NCBI GenBank assembly: GCA_019634045.1
Contig: JAHQWA010000396.1
Location: 8,164 to 72,163, forward strand
Length of the DNA stretch: 64,000 nt
Direction of reading: 5' to 3'
From: Saprospiraceae bacterium
GTDB lineage: Bacteria; Bacteroidota; Bacteroidia; Chitinophagales; Saprospiraceae
Position 1 is the first letter of the stretch. Every line of letters starts with the position of its first letter. A model generated the notes under the pieces. The model searched no databases. It saw only the letters and a list, made by a program, of their open reading frames with translations, and was not told the DNA's origin. The translations under genes were made by a program, and so were the position numbers. Of the stretch, positions 30,612 to 39,294 are shown in pieces.

Positions 30612-31370
30612 ATGGTCACCTCAACATTCGAATTACTGGTCAAACGGATTGCCACTGTCCCTACCACTATACCCCCGAATATTAGCACAGTATTTAGACG
30701 AGTTGTACAGGGTTTTTTCATGAATATCACCAACCTTAGTGATAGTACAACCTCAAATTTATTACTCAGGATTACGATACCTACAGCCAGCGGAAACCGT
30801 ATCATTACAAACACCAATACCCAATGTTTTTTTGATAATGGGAGTGTAAACAATGTACAACTGAATATTAGCGCAGGAACCCCCAACCCCACTAGCATCA
30901 TTTACACCACAAATTCTTTTAAGTTAGGTGCCCGGCAGACAGGTTTGATCACCTTGTTGCCAAGTGTAATTCCCTTCATTAACTTGACCAATCCTGACCT
31001 TGAAATCAGAGGGTACATTGAAGTATTGACTAGCAGATTCAATGGTACTTTTTTTAGTCTGGGTGCCATACCAGCCTCTGAGGTTTTGGTTTCTCCAGAA
31101 ATTAGAGGAACCTTTTTAGATAATGATTACCCTAGTGATTCTACGTCTAATGAACTGGATTTTGATCAGATTGCTTATGGGCTACCGACTGCCAGTGGAA
31201 GAGCGCAAAATACCGTGGAAGGGCTACCGCCTATTATTTTTCCCCCTTTAGATGACTTCCAGCAAATTGAACTACCAAATTTCTTAAAGGCTAATCCCGG
31301 ATTGGAAGAAGCTGAAGCTGGTCAAATTCTTGAAATGGTAAAAGGGATACAGATCAAAGGCAAGAAATAA
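30612..31370 (+). CDS. Hypothetical protein with no signal peptide; orphan
   Basis: This is a 252-aa ORF with an alternative ATG at 30720. It is Thr/Asn/Ile/Pro-rich with beta-strand-like periodicity, and I recognise no motif. It is divergent from the VIT-vWA gene. Confidence 0.45.
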   Translation: MVTSTFELLVKRIATVPTTIPPNISTVFRRVVQGFFMNITNLSDSTTSNLLLRITIPTASGNRIITNTNTQCFFDNGSVNNVQLNISAGTPNPTSIIYTTNSFKLGARQTGLITLLPSVIPFINLTNPDLEIRGYIEVLTSRFNGTFFSLGAIPASEVLVSPEIRGTFLDNDYPSDSTSNELDFDQIAYGLPTASGRAQNTVEGLPPIIFPPLDDFQQIELPNFLKANPGLEEAEAGQILEMVKGIQIKGKK

Positions 31371-31382
31371 AAGACCAAAAGT

Positions 31383-31413
31383 GGAGGTAAAGGCGGAATA
31401 CGGCCTTTCCTCC
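31383..31413 (+). terminator. Stem-loop after the orphan ORF
   Basis: ggagg(t)aaaggc-(8 nt)-gcctttcctcc forms an 11-bp stem with a 1-nt bulge. The U-tract is weak. Confidence 0.4.
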
Positions 31414-31458
31414 CCTGCTTTACAGGGATCTTTAGTTAAGTAGAACCTAAATTTTGCC

Positions 31459-31812
31459 TTAGGTCATGCTGTAGTCCCAGTAAATGAGAAGAAACTGGAT
31501 TGGTAAACGGATAAGGGTAGGCCAAACAAACTTCCCCTTTTTAAGGGATTTTTGAAAATGATAAATGTTGGCTGGGAAAACCGCAACCAGTAGGGCAATC
31601 ACGCCCCAAGCCGCTAAAGACCTTGTCTGTGGAATCAAGATCAATAAACCAAGGACTATCTCTATCACCCCCACAATGATATTTACCTGTTCAGGCGCAG
31701 GCACCCATTTAGGAGTAATCTTTAAGAAGAACTTGGGGTTGCGAAAATGGCTGTATCCGGCGAAAATGTAGAAAGATGCCATCAGAATCGCACTAATCCA
31801 TTGTAGTATCAT
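31459..31812 (-). CDS. DoxX-family small membrane protein
   Basis: Four hydrophobic helices are present. SFYIFAGYSHF and VAVFPANIYHF are typical of DoxX-like proteins. The start overlaps the upstream dsbA-like stop by 4 nt. Confidence 0.65.
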   Translation of the reverse strand: MILQWISAILMASFYIFAGYSHFRNPKFFLKITPKWVPAPEQVNIIVGVIEIVLGLLILIPQTRSLAAWGVIALLVAVFPANIYHFQKSLKKGKFVWPTLIRLPIQFLLIYWDYSMT

Positions 31813-32474
31813 GCAACTGTACTTAACTTCGAGAGTAATTTTTCCATTCGAACTTCCATATCAGCATAGGAAGCATATCCATTACTAAGTAATCCGAGAC
31901 GATCATTCCAGCTGATAACTACGCTAGGAAATCCTCGAATGCCCCATTCATGGGATTGCTCAAAGTCCTGGCGAGTTAAGACTTTGTATTCTTCGGAGGA
32001 AAAAGCAGCACGGAATTCATCAAAATTTATGCTGAGAGACTGACAAATCGGCTCATAGAAGGCATCCTCTTTGGGGTCTTTATTTTCGTAATAAAATTCG
32101 TACTGCACTGCCTTAAAGAAATCGAATGCTTTTTCAGGAGCTAAATTTTTAACTACGCAAACTGATCGGCAAGAAGGTTCGGTATCGTAGAGAAATTCAT
32201 CCCACTCCAACAAATCATACTGAAAAGCCTGTCCACTTACCTCCGCCACCTTTTCCCAATGATGCCGTAGAAAATCTTTCATCTTTTGATTCCAAGGATC
32301 TCCTCCTCCTGGACGAAGTCCTCCCATAATCAAACTGAAATCCATTTGATCTGCGTGGGCTTCCTTTAGTTTCGTGATCTCGCCTCGGAATCCATAGCAC
32401 CAAGAACACATGGGATCAGCCAAATAGAAGATCTTTCCTCGGGAACTATTATTATTTGCTTGTAGTTGATCCAT
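31809..32474 (-). CDS. DsbA-family thioredoxin-fold protein
   Basis: The N-terminal FYLADPMCSWCYGF carries a CxxC motif in a DsbA/FrnE-like context. Confidence 0.75.
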   Translation of the reverse strand: MDQLQANNNSSRGKIFYLADPMCSWCYGFRGEITKLKEAHADQMDFSLIMGGLRPGGGDPWNQKMKDFLRHHWEKVAEVSGQAFQYDLLEWDEFLYDTEPSCRSVCVVKNLAPEKAFDFFKAVQYEFYYENKDPKEDAFYEPICQSLSINFDEFRAAFSSEEYKVLTRQDFEQSHEWGIRGFPSVVISWNDRLGLLSNGYASYADMEVRMEKLLSKLSTVA

Positions 32475-32519
32475 GAGGCTGAATATAGGAGGAATATCTA
32501 GCAGTCTGCTACTTTTATC

Positions 32520-33032
32520 ATGATAAAAATCAGATACATGCCGCTAAGACTACAGTTTAAGAAGCAAAAAGATGGATCTGCTGTATTGACTTGCTTTCGT
32601 ACTGATGGCTCCTCGACTTTTACTAAGATCAGACCAGGCTTAGAAATACATGATTTGGCACACTATGTGGTAGAAACCACTCTAGGTTTTAAGGAAGCAT
32701 TCTATGGTTTAATCAACCAAGGTTTTACGGTCCCGGACTTTGAGTTGCCGCGTGAACAACGTCCTACTGCGCTTATTCCAGAAAACTTACCTGCAGAATC
32801 TTTACAGACAGAATTTATCGTCAATCAATTGCAAATAGAATTATACAATTCCGGAGAACAACAAAACTTTGTCCCCCTATTACAGCAGGCCATGGCCAAT
32901 CGAAATCTGGATTTTCCTACTGTCCTAACAACCGATAAAGTTCTGGTGATGCGACAAGAACTAAGTGCCTTGGTCACTAAATGGCAAGCACTGCCTGCTG
33001 GAGAATCTATTAGCTTAGAAATGGAGATTTGA
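32520..33032 (+). CDS. Hypothetical protein
   Basis: This is a 170-aa ORF with no signal peptide. It contains HDLAHYVVE, a possible HxxxH metal motif. I recognise no domain. Confidence 0.45.
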   Translation: MIKIRYMPLRLQFKKQKDGSAVLTCFRTDGSSTFTKIRPGLEIHDLAHYVVETTLGFKEAFYGLINQGFTVPDFELPREQRPTALIPENLPAESLQTEFIVNQLQIELYNSGEQQNFVPLLQQAMANRNLDFPTVLTTDKVLVMRQELSALVTKWQALPAGESISLEMEI

Positions 33033-33034
33033 AT

Positions 33035-33793
33035 TTACCAGAGTAAAGGAATCAGGGCTTTCCTAGCAGAAGGATAATCTTCAAAAGTAGCTTTGTACCA
33101 TTTATGATGCGACCAGGCACGGGGTCCCAAATTGGCAACTGTATAGGCTACAAAGGCCCAGCCTGCCACTGACCAGGTCAGGATAGCCCAGCCACACCAT
33201 TCGATGATCTCGCCCAAGTAATGCGGGTTAGAGACCCACCTAAAGAATCCTCCCTGAGGTATTTTATAAGCCGTTTCTGATGGTGTTCTTAAATTTTTCA
33301 GAATGGAGTCTGATTGTTTGTTGATCCAATATCCCAATAGAAAAACAAATAAGCCGAGGCCGAAGGGCCAGCGAATAAGCCAGTCGATCGGGTAAGTATT
33401 CTGTATGAAAATAGAATAACTTATGATTACCCCATTCATACCGTTAAAGAGAATAGCCATCACAATCAATGCCACTGGAAAAGGCTTATCCCCTCCTGAC
33501 TTTTGAAAAGGATATATGAGGGTCCGATGCACATAATGGAATTGCCAGATCGCCAGAAAAATAATCAATACAATTTGCTGTTGATCCGCAAAAGCAAGGA
33601 AGAAGTACAGGGGAATAAGCATAGCTGGTGCTTCCATTATCATCCACGCATACTTGGCTGGAAGTGTAATCCCCCATCCCTTACGTTCAAAGCGGCCATA
33701 AGGTGCCGAAATGAAGAATAAGGAAAGGAAGGTCAATGCAGCAAGAATAAACTCAGCTTTTAGAAGGATGCTGTACCATTGTGCTAATTCCAT
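33035..33793 (-). CDS. 3-oxo-5-alpha-steroid 4-dehydrogenase (steroid 5-alpha-reductase) family membrane protein
   Basis: The protein is polytopic, and its C-terminal motif FRWVSNPHYLGEIIEWCGWA is typical of the family. I set the start at the ATG at 33793 (MELAQ…) to avoid overlap with the upstream gene. Confidence 0.75.
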   Translation of the reverse strand: MELAQWYSILLKAEFILAALTFLSLFFISAPYGRFERKGWGITLPAKYAWMIMEAPAMLIPLYFFLAFADQQQIVLIIFLAIWQFHYVHRTLIYPFQKSGGDKPFPVALIVMAILFNGMNGVIISYSIFIQNTYPIDWLIRWPFGLGLFVFLLGYWINKQSDSILKNLRTPSETAYKIPQGGFFRWVSNPHYLGEIIEWCGWAILTWSVAGWAFVAYTVANLGPRAWSHHKWYKATFEDYPSARKALIPLLW

Positions 33794-33809
33794 CAATACG
33801 TTCCTTATA

Positions 33810-34859
33810 TCAATGTTGGTGGGTCTCGTAATGACGGCGCAATGCATCTTCGCCAAAGTCATTACTAGGATCTCGACAAACGGAGTGAACGTGATTTCCC
33901 CCATTTTGTGTATTGTCAAACTCAATCAATAGACGTGGACCGTGTATGCGGTAGTAGTGTTTTTCTCCTTTCTCTATTCCTCCTGCCCAAGCGAAATACA
34001 ATTGTTCGACACCTGCTTCTTGAATCACTTTCCAATGGGTTTGTGCGACTCTATTGGTATTATTATTCAGGTAGAGTTGGATTAGATCGACCAACGTCAT
34101 CTGTTGTGCTTCAGTTAGCTGGTTGTAAGGCAAGCCTTCATAGTTTTGCAAACTCACGCGTCTATCATTTCCGGTAATGATTTCTGGATAGGCTCGCTTC
34201 GCGATCAGTGCGGTAGCTAGCTGAGCATCGCTGAAACTTTGGACCAGTGCCCTAGCTTGATCCTCTTCCTCAGCCAAAACTCTTTTTCCTTTTGAGTCCC
34301 CTATAGGAATTTCCGCTGGATTTGCCCCCATAAATTGGGGCGTGACGGTTAAACTCTCGCTTGCATAGGTATAGTTCAAGGATAAGTGATGTCCTTCGAA
34401 TCTCCATCCCCAAACACTGGAATCTGCAGGTTCACCAAATACGGAAACGAAATAGAGATTTGGGTTTCGGTAGTTGTTGTTAGGGGCTCGTTTTTCCAAA
34501 AGCGTCAATATACTTTCCAACTGTCGAATATCTTCAACTTTACGATACCCTTCTGGAGTTAGGCAGGTCTTCAATAGGCTAGCTACTAATTCTCTTTGTT
34601 TGTCACTCATCAATTGTAAGGCAAGGCCCCGCCGTTTGATAGGTACAAAGTGCCAATTTTCCCGTTCTTGATCATCAAAAGAAAGCAGACAACTCTTCTT
34701 TTCCAGTTCTGACAAGCTTTCGAGAAAAGCTTTAGCGGCTACAACAACCTCCTGCTTGCTGAGTGTTTGCCCCGTACTTGATTCAATCGTTTTAGGGGAG
34801 CTAGTACAAAAATTCAAGGATAATAATAGTACATAGCCAAAGGATAGGATGAACTTCAT
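33810..34859 (-). CDS. DUF3500-family secreted protein
   Basis: A signal peptide is present. The C-terminal HYYRIHGPRLLIEFDNTQNGGNHVHSVCRDPSNDFG matches the pattern I remember for DUF3500. Confidence 0.6.
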   Translation of the reverse strand: MKFILSFGYVLLLSLNFCTSSPKTIESSTGQTLSKQEVVVAAKAFLESLSELEKKSCLLSFDDQERENWHFVPIKRRGLALQLMSDKQRELVASLLKTCLTPEGYRKVEDIRQLESILTLLEKRAPNNNYRNPNLYFVSVFGEPADSSVWGWRFEGHHLSLNYTYASESLTVTPQFMGANPAEIPIGDSKGKRVLAEEEDQARALVQSFSDAQLATALIAKRAYPEIITGNDRRVSLQNYEGLPYNQLTEAQQMTLVDLIQLYLNNNTNRVAQTHWKVIQEAGVEQLYFAWAGGIEKGEKHYYRIHGPRLLIEFDNTQNGGNHVHSVCRDPSNDFGEDALRRHYETHQH

Positions 34860-35093
34860 GGTGTTTGTCGGTTTTTGCTGTTAGGACTACTAATATACGG
34901 CATATCTGGAGGCATCTAGTCCCGAGCAGATAAATTCACTTACTTTTGTATTCCTCTAGATCAATAAGTTAACCCTAAAGGCTAAAACTTATCTTCTAGA
35001 TTCATTGTACTTCTTTTTAGAAAAGCGATATTCTCACTAAGACTATAGTGCAAGCCGTTTAACATAACCGGCTTTGGCAATACTAATAATCTT

Positions 35094-35504
35094 ATGATCG
35101 AACAGAAAGAATTTTCACTACGAGCACAGGAACGTGGATACCACCTCATCACCCAAGAAGTATTAAGTGCTATTGGCTCATTACCTAAGGTTGGCCTATT
35201 TAATCTATACATTAAGCATACCTCTGCCGCCATTACAATCAATGAAAATGCCGACCCTTCGGTATTGGTGGATTTCGAACAAATCTTCAATAAGATCGTT
35301 CCTGAGAATATGCCCTTCCTTACCCATACCGTAGAAGGCCCGGATGATATGCCCGCCCATATAAAGGCAGCTATGATAGGCTCTTCGATCAGTATTCCGA
35401 TTAGCAATCACCAACTTAACCTAGGGACCTGGCAGGGTATTTATTTGTGTGAATTTCGTAACTATGGAGGCTCCCGCAAACTTGTGGCCACCATCTACAG
35501 CTAA
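35094..35504 (+). CDS. yjbQ: YjbQ/UPF0047 family protein (secondary thiamine-phosphate synthase type)
   Basis: HTSAAITINENADPSV, GPDDMPAHIKAA and LGTWQGIYLCEFR are hallmark motifs, and the length (136 aa) fits the family. Confidence 0.85.
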   Translation: MIEQKEFSLRAQERGYHLITQEVLSAIGSLPKVGLFNLYIKHTSAAITINENADPSVLVDFEQIFNKIVPENMPFLTHTVEGPDDMPAHIKAAMIGSSISIPISNHQLNLGTWQGIYLCEFRNYGGSRKLVATIYS

Positions 35505-35506
35505 AT

Positions 35507-36130
35507 ATGCAGGTCATATTCAATGGAATTCAGGTCGGCTTACTGCTTGCCATCTTGTTGGGCCCAATCTTCTTTGCCTTGATTCAAACCGGAGTAGAAA
35601 GAGGTCTACGAGCAGGAACAATGGTTGGGTTAGGCATCTGGATTAGCGATATCCTATTTATTGCTATAACTTATGCAGGCCTGAATTACATTACACCACT
35701 AAAGGAAAGCGAGAACTTCATTTTCTACGTTGGTTTAATTGGTGGACTGGTCCTAATTGGAGTGGGAATTGCTACCCTGCTGACAAAACCACCTGGCTGG
35801 GAAGCCGGCTCCATAATTCCCACTAAAGCGTCATATTTTTCGCTTTGGTTAAAAGGGTTTCTGGTTAATACGGTAAATCCATTCACTTTTGCGTTCTGGA
35901 TTACTATGATGGGCACAACTGTCGGAGATCAGGGCTACAGTACCCAAGAGGCTTACCTCTTTTTTGGAGCTATTCTATCTACCATCATCATCACAGACTT
36001 CTCCAAAGTGGCCCTAGCCAAGTACATTCGGAAATGGTTAACAGGAAAGCATATTCTCTGGATTAGGCGTGTTTCGGGAGGAGCCTTGGTGGTTTTTGGA
36101 GTTGTTTTAATGATTCGGAGTATGTTATAA
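35507..36130 (+). CDS. LysE/RhtB-family amino-acid exporter
   Basis: The protein has about 6 TM segments and is 207 aa long. The N-terminal GLLLAILLGPIFFALIQTGVERG is typical of the LysE family. Confidence 0.75.
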   Translation: MQVIFNGIQVGLLLAILLGPIFFALIQTGVERGLRAGTMVGLGIWISDILFIAITYAGLNYITPLKESENFIFYVGLIGGLVLIGVGIATLLTKPPGWEAGSIIPTKASYFSLWLKGFLVNTVNPFTFAFWITMMGTTVGDQGYSTQEAYLFFGAILSTIIITDFSKVALAKYIRKWLTGKHILWIRRVSGGALVVFGVVLMIRSML

Positions 36131-36209
36131 TGAAGCTCGACTGAGTAAGATATCCGAAGTCCTCCATAGCTACGACTAGGCCAAACTTCGGACATCCACC
36201 GAGCAAGCG

Positions 36210-38828
36210 CTACTCGTCTCGCAAATACACGATCGGGTTTTTCACAAAAGCATTATAAATATGTCCCGCCACGGCGATCAAGGCGATAGAAAGTAGGCCA
36301 ATCACAGCTACCACCATGGGCAAAAAACCAGGATTGGACATCTCTGGTGAAATTTGCGTTAAGATAGATTTGATGGCAATGAAACCTAAGGGCCCACCAA
36401 CCAGACAGGCCAACACTACCGACCAAAAGAATTCCTTATTAACAAGTCGACTCACATTCCAAATATTCGCACCGAGGACCTTACGGATGCTAATCTCTTT
36501 CATTTTTCTTGCGAGGATCAGCATTGCGAGACCAAACAAACCAATGGTAGATATGAAAATGGTCAGAAAGGCAACGGCAGAAAGAATTTTGATCACCTGC
36601 TCAAAGCCTTGGAAGTAGCCATCCATCACATCTGTTTGATAGAAGAAGTTAAAGGGTCGATCGGGAAAAAGATCTTTCCAAATAGCCTCCATAGCTTTAG
36701 CTGATTCTTGGGTTTGAGCCGTTGGGGCCAAAGTCGCAGTTAGGTATCGATAATCAGACTTTGGTCCTACCCGAATAACCATAGGTTGGATAGGTCGGAA
36801 AAAGTCTTCATAACGGAAGTCTTCCAGTTCTCCTATAACAGTGTAGGATTGATCTTCTACTTGAATGAGCTTACCCACTGCTACATCCCAATCGAAATGC
36901 CGGCGAAAGGCCGCATTGACCATAACGGATTGAGAGATATCCGTGTCTAAATCAGGGTTAGAGAATCTTCCATCTAGAATTGTCAGCCCCATCTTTTCGA
37001 GATAGTCAGGACCGACCACCATTTCTTCTACCGGGAGATCCTCTCCTTCTATCTTTATTGTAATGCCATTAGAACCTCTGCCTAATTGCTGAATAGATCC
37101 AGAAATATCTTGGATCTCGTCTAAGCCTGCTAGTTCATTCTCCAGGCGATCATAGGACATCCCCTCGTCTAAACGGATTACAATCTTGGCTTCTGCATCG
37201 TAACCCCAATCCACCGCTTTCAGCTTTTTTGTGTGTTTTATAAAAGCAACAGCCGAAAAAATTGCGATAAAAGTTAGCGACAACTGTGCTCCCAGAAGAA
37301 TCTTTCGAAAGCGATTCTTACTACCTATCCGCAGCTTATCCTTCAGAATTTCAACGGGTGGAAAACGGGATATATAGTAGGCGGGATATCCTCCCCCTCC
37401 AAGTACAAGCAGGGCCAGCAATGTCAGGAAGAAAAGTCCATGTCTATAATCTTGCAAATAGTGTAAGCGGAATTCCAATCCTCCAGCAAATCGCTTGAAC
37501 CAAGGAAGGAAAAGAAACTCTGCCAGTAGTATGCCAGCAATCAGCCCCACCAGACAGATTAAGAGGTTTTCTACTAAAAACTGAGAAATAATCTGCCTCC
37601 GTTGACTCCCCATTACTTTTCTTACACTGATCTCTTTTAAGCGACTGGATGCAGTAGCGATAGCGGTATTTACGTAGTTGAAACACACCAGTAGTAAAAG
37701 AGCTACCGCAATCACGACTAACATGATAATAGCTACGATATGTGACTGATGAAAAAAGGAGTTTCCCCATTTGTAGGCATGTCGGCTAATGTCAGCTAGC
37801 GGCTGTAAGTTCAACTGGCCCAATTGCCATCCTTTATTGTTTTCATTGTATTGGACCAAGTAAGGAGTTAATGCTTGCTCAACTTGCGCCGGATCAGCAG
37901 CAGGATCTAACTGTACAAAAGTAGCATCGGCAGCTTGATGCCAATCCAGAAAATCAATTTTTCCTAAGGTTAATTGATGCTGATAAGGGACAAGAATATT
38001 AAAGCTGAAAGTGCGGGTGGGGGGTAGTTTTTCGAACACTCCTTTCACCTGAAAGGTACTTTCGATTTCTCCTTCCCCATTGTTAAATCTGATACTAACT
38101 TGTTTTCCTAAGGGATTTTCAGCTCCAAAAAATTTGGTAGACACCAGCTCAGTTAAGAAGATGCCGTCAGTCCCGCCAAAATCTTCCGCTTTTCCCCATT
38201 TCAAAGGGAAGGAAAAAAGGTGTACAAAATCAGGATCAACAAAATTGATACTCTCACTGAAAACTTGGTCTTCATACTGGAAGATACCTCTGGAGAAGGT
38301 AAATCGAGTCATGGCCTTTACTTGTGGCAAATCTTTAGCCATAGCAGGCCCAAGTGGCTCAGGTGAATCTCCGCGTAATTGTAGTTCATCGTCCCCTTGC
38401 AATACTTTTTCCATGATATAGATATTATCTCTATTCTCATGAAAATCGTCTGTATTGAAGGTCCAAAAAATAAAAGTGTAGACCACCATACAGCAGCCAA
38501 TAGCCAGAGCCAGGCCTAGCACATTGATCAAGGACGGCCATTTGTGCTTGCGCACATTGCGCCAGCCAATTTTTAGATAGTTTTTAAACATGTCGAGTGA
38601 ATTAAGTCGGGAATATGTAGATCGATGACGCCGGAGTGTATAGCGATTCATGAATAGGAATACATTGACCGCATACCACCTCCGTGCCTTTTTGGGTCCT
38701 TTTTCTTCGACATACTCTAGAAATCGCTCATAAAGATCTCCCTGAATTTCTTCTACTAGCTCAGGATTACAATACCATTCCAGAAAACGGTCGGCCCAGC
38801 GCGGTGGATTGGGTTGATGCTCTACCAT
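36210..38828 (-). CDS. FtsX-like ABC-type permease (MacB-like) with an N-terminal permease-prefix domain
   Basis: The N-terminal part reads PPRWADRFLEWYCNPELVEEIQGDLYERF. Two FtsX 4-TM modules are separated by large extracytoplasmic domains. The gene overlaps padR by 7 nt. Confidence 0.85.
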   Translation of the reverse strand: MVEHQPNPPRWADRFLEWYCNPELVEEIQGDLYERFLEYVEEKGPKKARRWYAVNVFLFMNRYTLRRHRSTYSRLNSLDMFKNYLKIGWRNVRKHKWPSLINVLGLALAIGCCMVVYTFIFWTFNTDDFHENRDNIYIMEKVLQGDDELQLRGDSPEPLGPAMAKDLPQVKAMTRFTFSRGIFQYEDQVFSESINFVDPDFVHLFSFPLKWGKAEDFGGTDGIFLTELVSTKFFGAENPLGKQVSIRFNNGEGEIESTFQVKGVFEKLPPTRTFSFNILVPYQHQLTLGKIDFLDWHQAADATFVQLDPAADPAQVEQALTPYLVQYNENNKGWQLGQLNLQPLADISRHAYKWGNSFFHQSHIVAIIMLVVIAVALLLLVCFNYVNTAIATASSRLKEISVRKVMGSQRRQIISQFLVENLLICLVGLIAGILLAEFLFLPWFKRFAGGLEFRLHYLQDYRHGLFFLTLLALLVLGGGGYPAYYISRFPPVEILKDKLRIGSKNRFRKILLGAQLSLTFIAIFSAVAFIKHTKKLKAVDWGYDAEAKIVIRLDEGMSYDRLENELAGLDEIQDISGSIQQLGRGSNGITIKIEGEDLPVEEMVVGPDYLEKMGLTILDGRFSNPDLDTDISQSVMVNAAFRRHFDWDVAVGKLIQVEDQSYTVIGELEDFRYEDFFRPIQPMVIRVGPKSDYRYLTATLAPTAQTQESAKAMEAIWKDLFPDRPFNFFYQTDVMDGYFQGFEQVIKILSAVAFLTIFISTIGLFGLAMLILARKMKEISIRKVLGANIWNVSRLVNKEFFWSVVLACLVGGPLGFIAIKSILTQISPEMSNPGFLPMVVAVIGLLSIALIAVAGHIYNAFVKNPIVYLRDE

Positions 38829-39154
38829 CCTTCGAAAGTTGTTTTAGGAATTAGAGACCATAGCTTATTTCGTGCTTGGCGAGCCTGCCACAGTGCCTCT
38901 TTTCCTGTATTCGTAATAGAATACAAGCGCTTGCGTCTCCCTCCTCGCTCCGTGGATGACCCGGCGAGCTTAGATTCGACCAAACCTTTGTCTTGCATTC
39001 TATATAAGGCGGTATGAACACTACTTAAGGTTACAGATCGATTTAGATCCTTTTCAATGCCCTTGGTAATGGCTAAGCCATAAGCTTCCTCGTGCAGAAT
39101 GGTGACATATAAGAGGACGATTTCCTCAAATTCACCTAAGTGATATCCTTTCAC
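38822..39154 (-). CDS. PadR-family transcriptional regulator
   Basis: The 110-aa winged-HTH protein contains GYHLGEFEEIVLLYV…GYGLAI…LSSVHTALYRMQDKGLV…GGRRKRLYSIT. Confidence 0.85.
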   Translation of the reverse strand: MKGYHLGEFEEIVLLYVTILHEEAYGLAITKGIEKDLNRSVTLSSVHTALYRMQDKGLVESKLAGSSTERGGRRKRLYSITNTGKEALWQARQARNKLWSLIPKTTFEGW

Positions 39155-39202
39155 GGTTCGGAGATTAAAACATTCAATAGTAATAAGAGTATGGCGTCGA
39201 GT

Positions 39203-39287
39203 ATTTCTTACCCATTTGTAAAAATACTAACCAATAGAGTAACACGCAAGAAATCGACGGCATTTCTTACCCATTTGTAAAAATACT
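39203..39287. repeat. Two identical 26-bp direct repeats (period 59 bp) in the padR upstream region
   Basis: atttcttacccatttgtaaaaatact occurs at 39203-39228 and 39262-39287. Each copy contains TTAC-N6-GTAA. On the minus strand each reads TATTTTTA, a near -7 box. Confidence 0.85.
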
Positions 39288-39294
39288 TGCTTTA

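Noticed and set aside
30605-30901. A 98-aa minus-strand ORF overlapping the 5' part of the orphan 252-aa ORF
   Set aside because: It is shorter than the plus-strand ORF. Its translation is hydrophobic and low-complexity, and there is no upstream partner gene. I keep it only as a caveat on the strand assignment of 30612-31370.
33794-33925. A 44-codon N-terminal extension of the steroid-reductase-family ORF
   Set aside because: The extension would overlap the 3' end of the DUF3500 gene by 116 nt. The family is typically about 250 aa, and the Met at 33793 precedes the first TM helix.
34982-35407. A 141-aa minus-strand ORF opposite yjbQ
   Set aside because: It is antisense to a CDS carrying the full set of UPF0047 motifs.
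39203-39287. A CRISPR-like array
   Set aside because: There are only two repeat copies, no cas genes are in the window, and the location is a promoter region. I treat it as a regulatory or duplicated promoter repeat instead.
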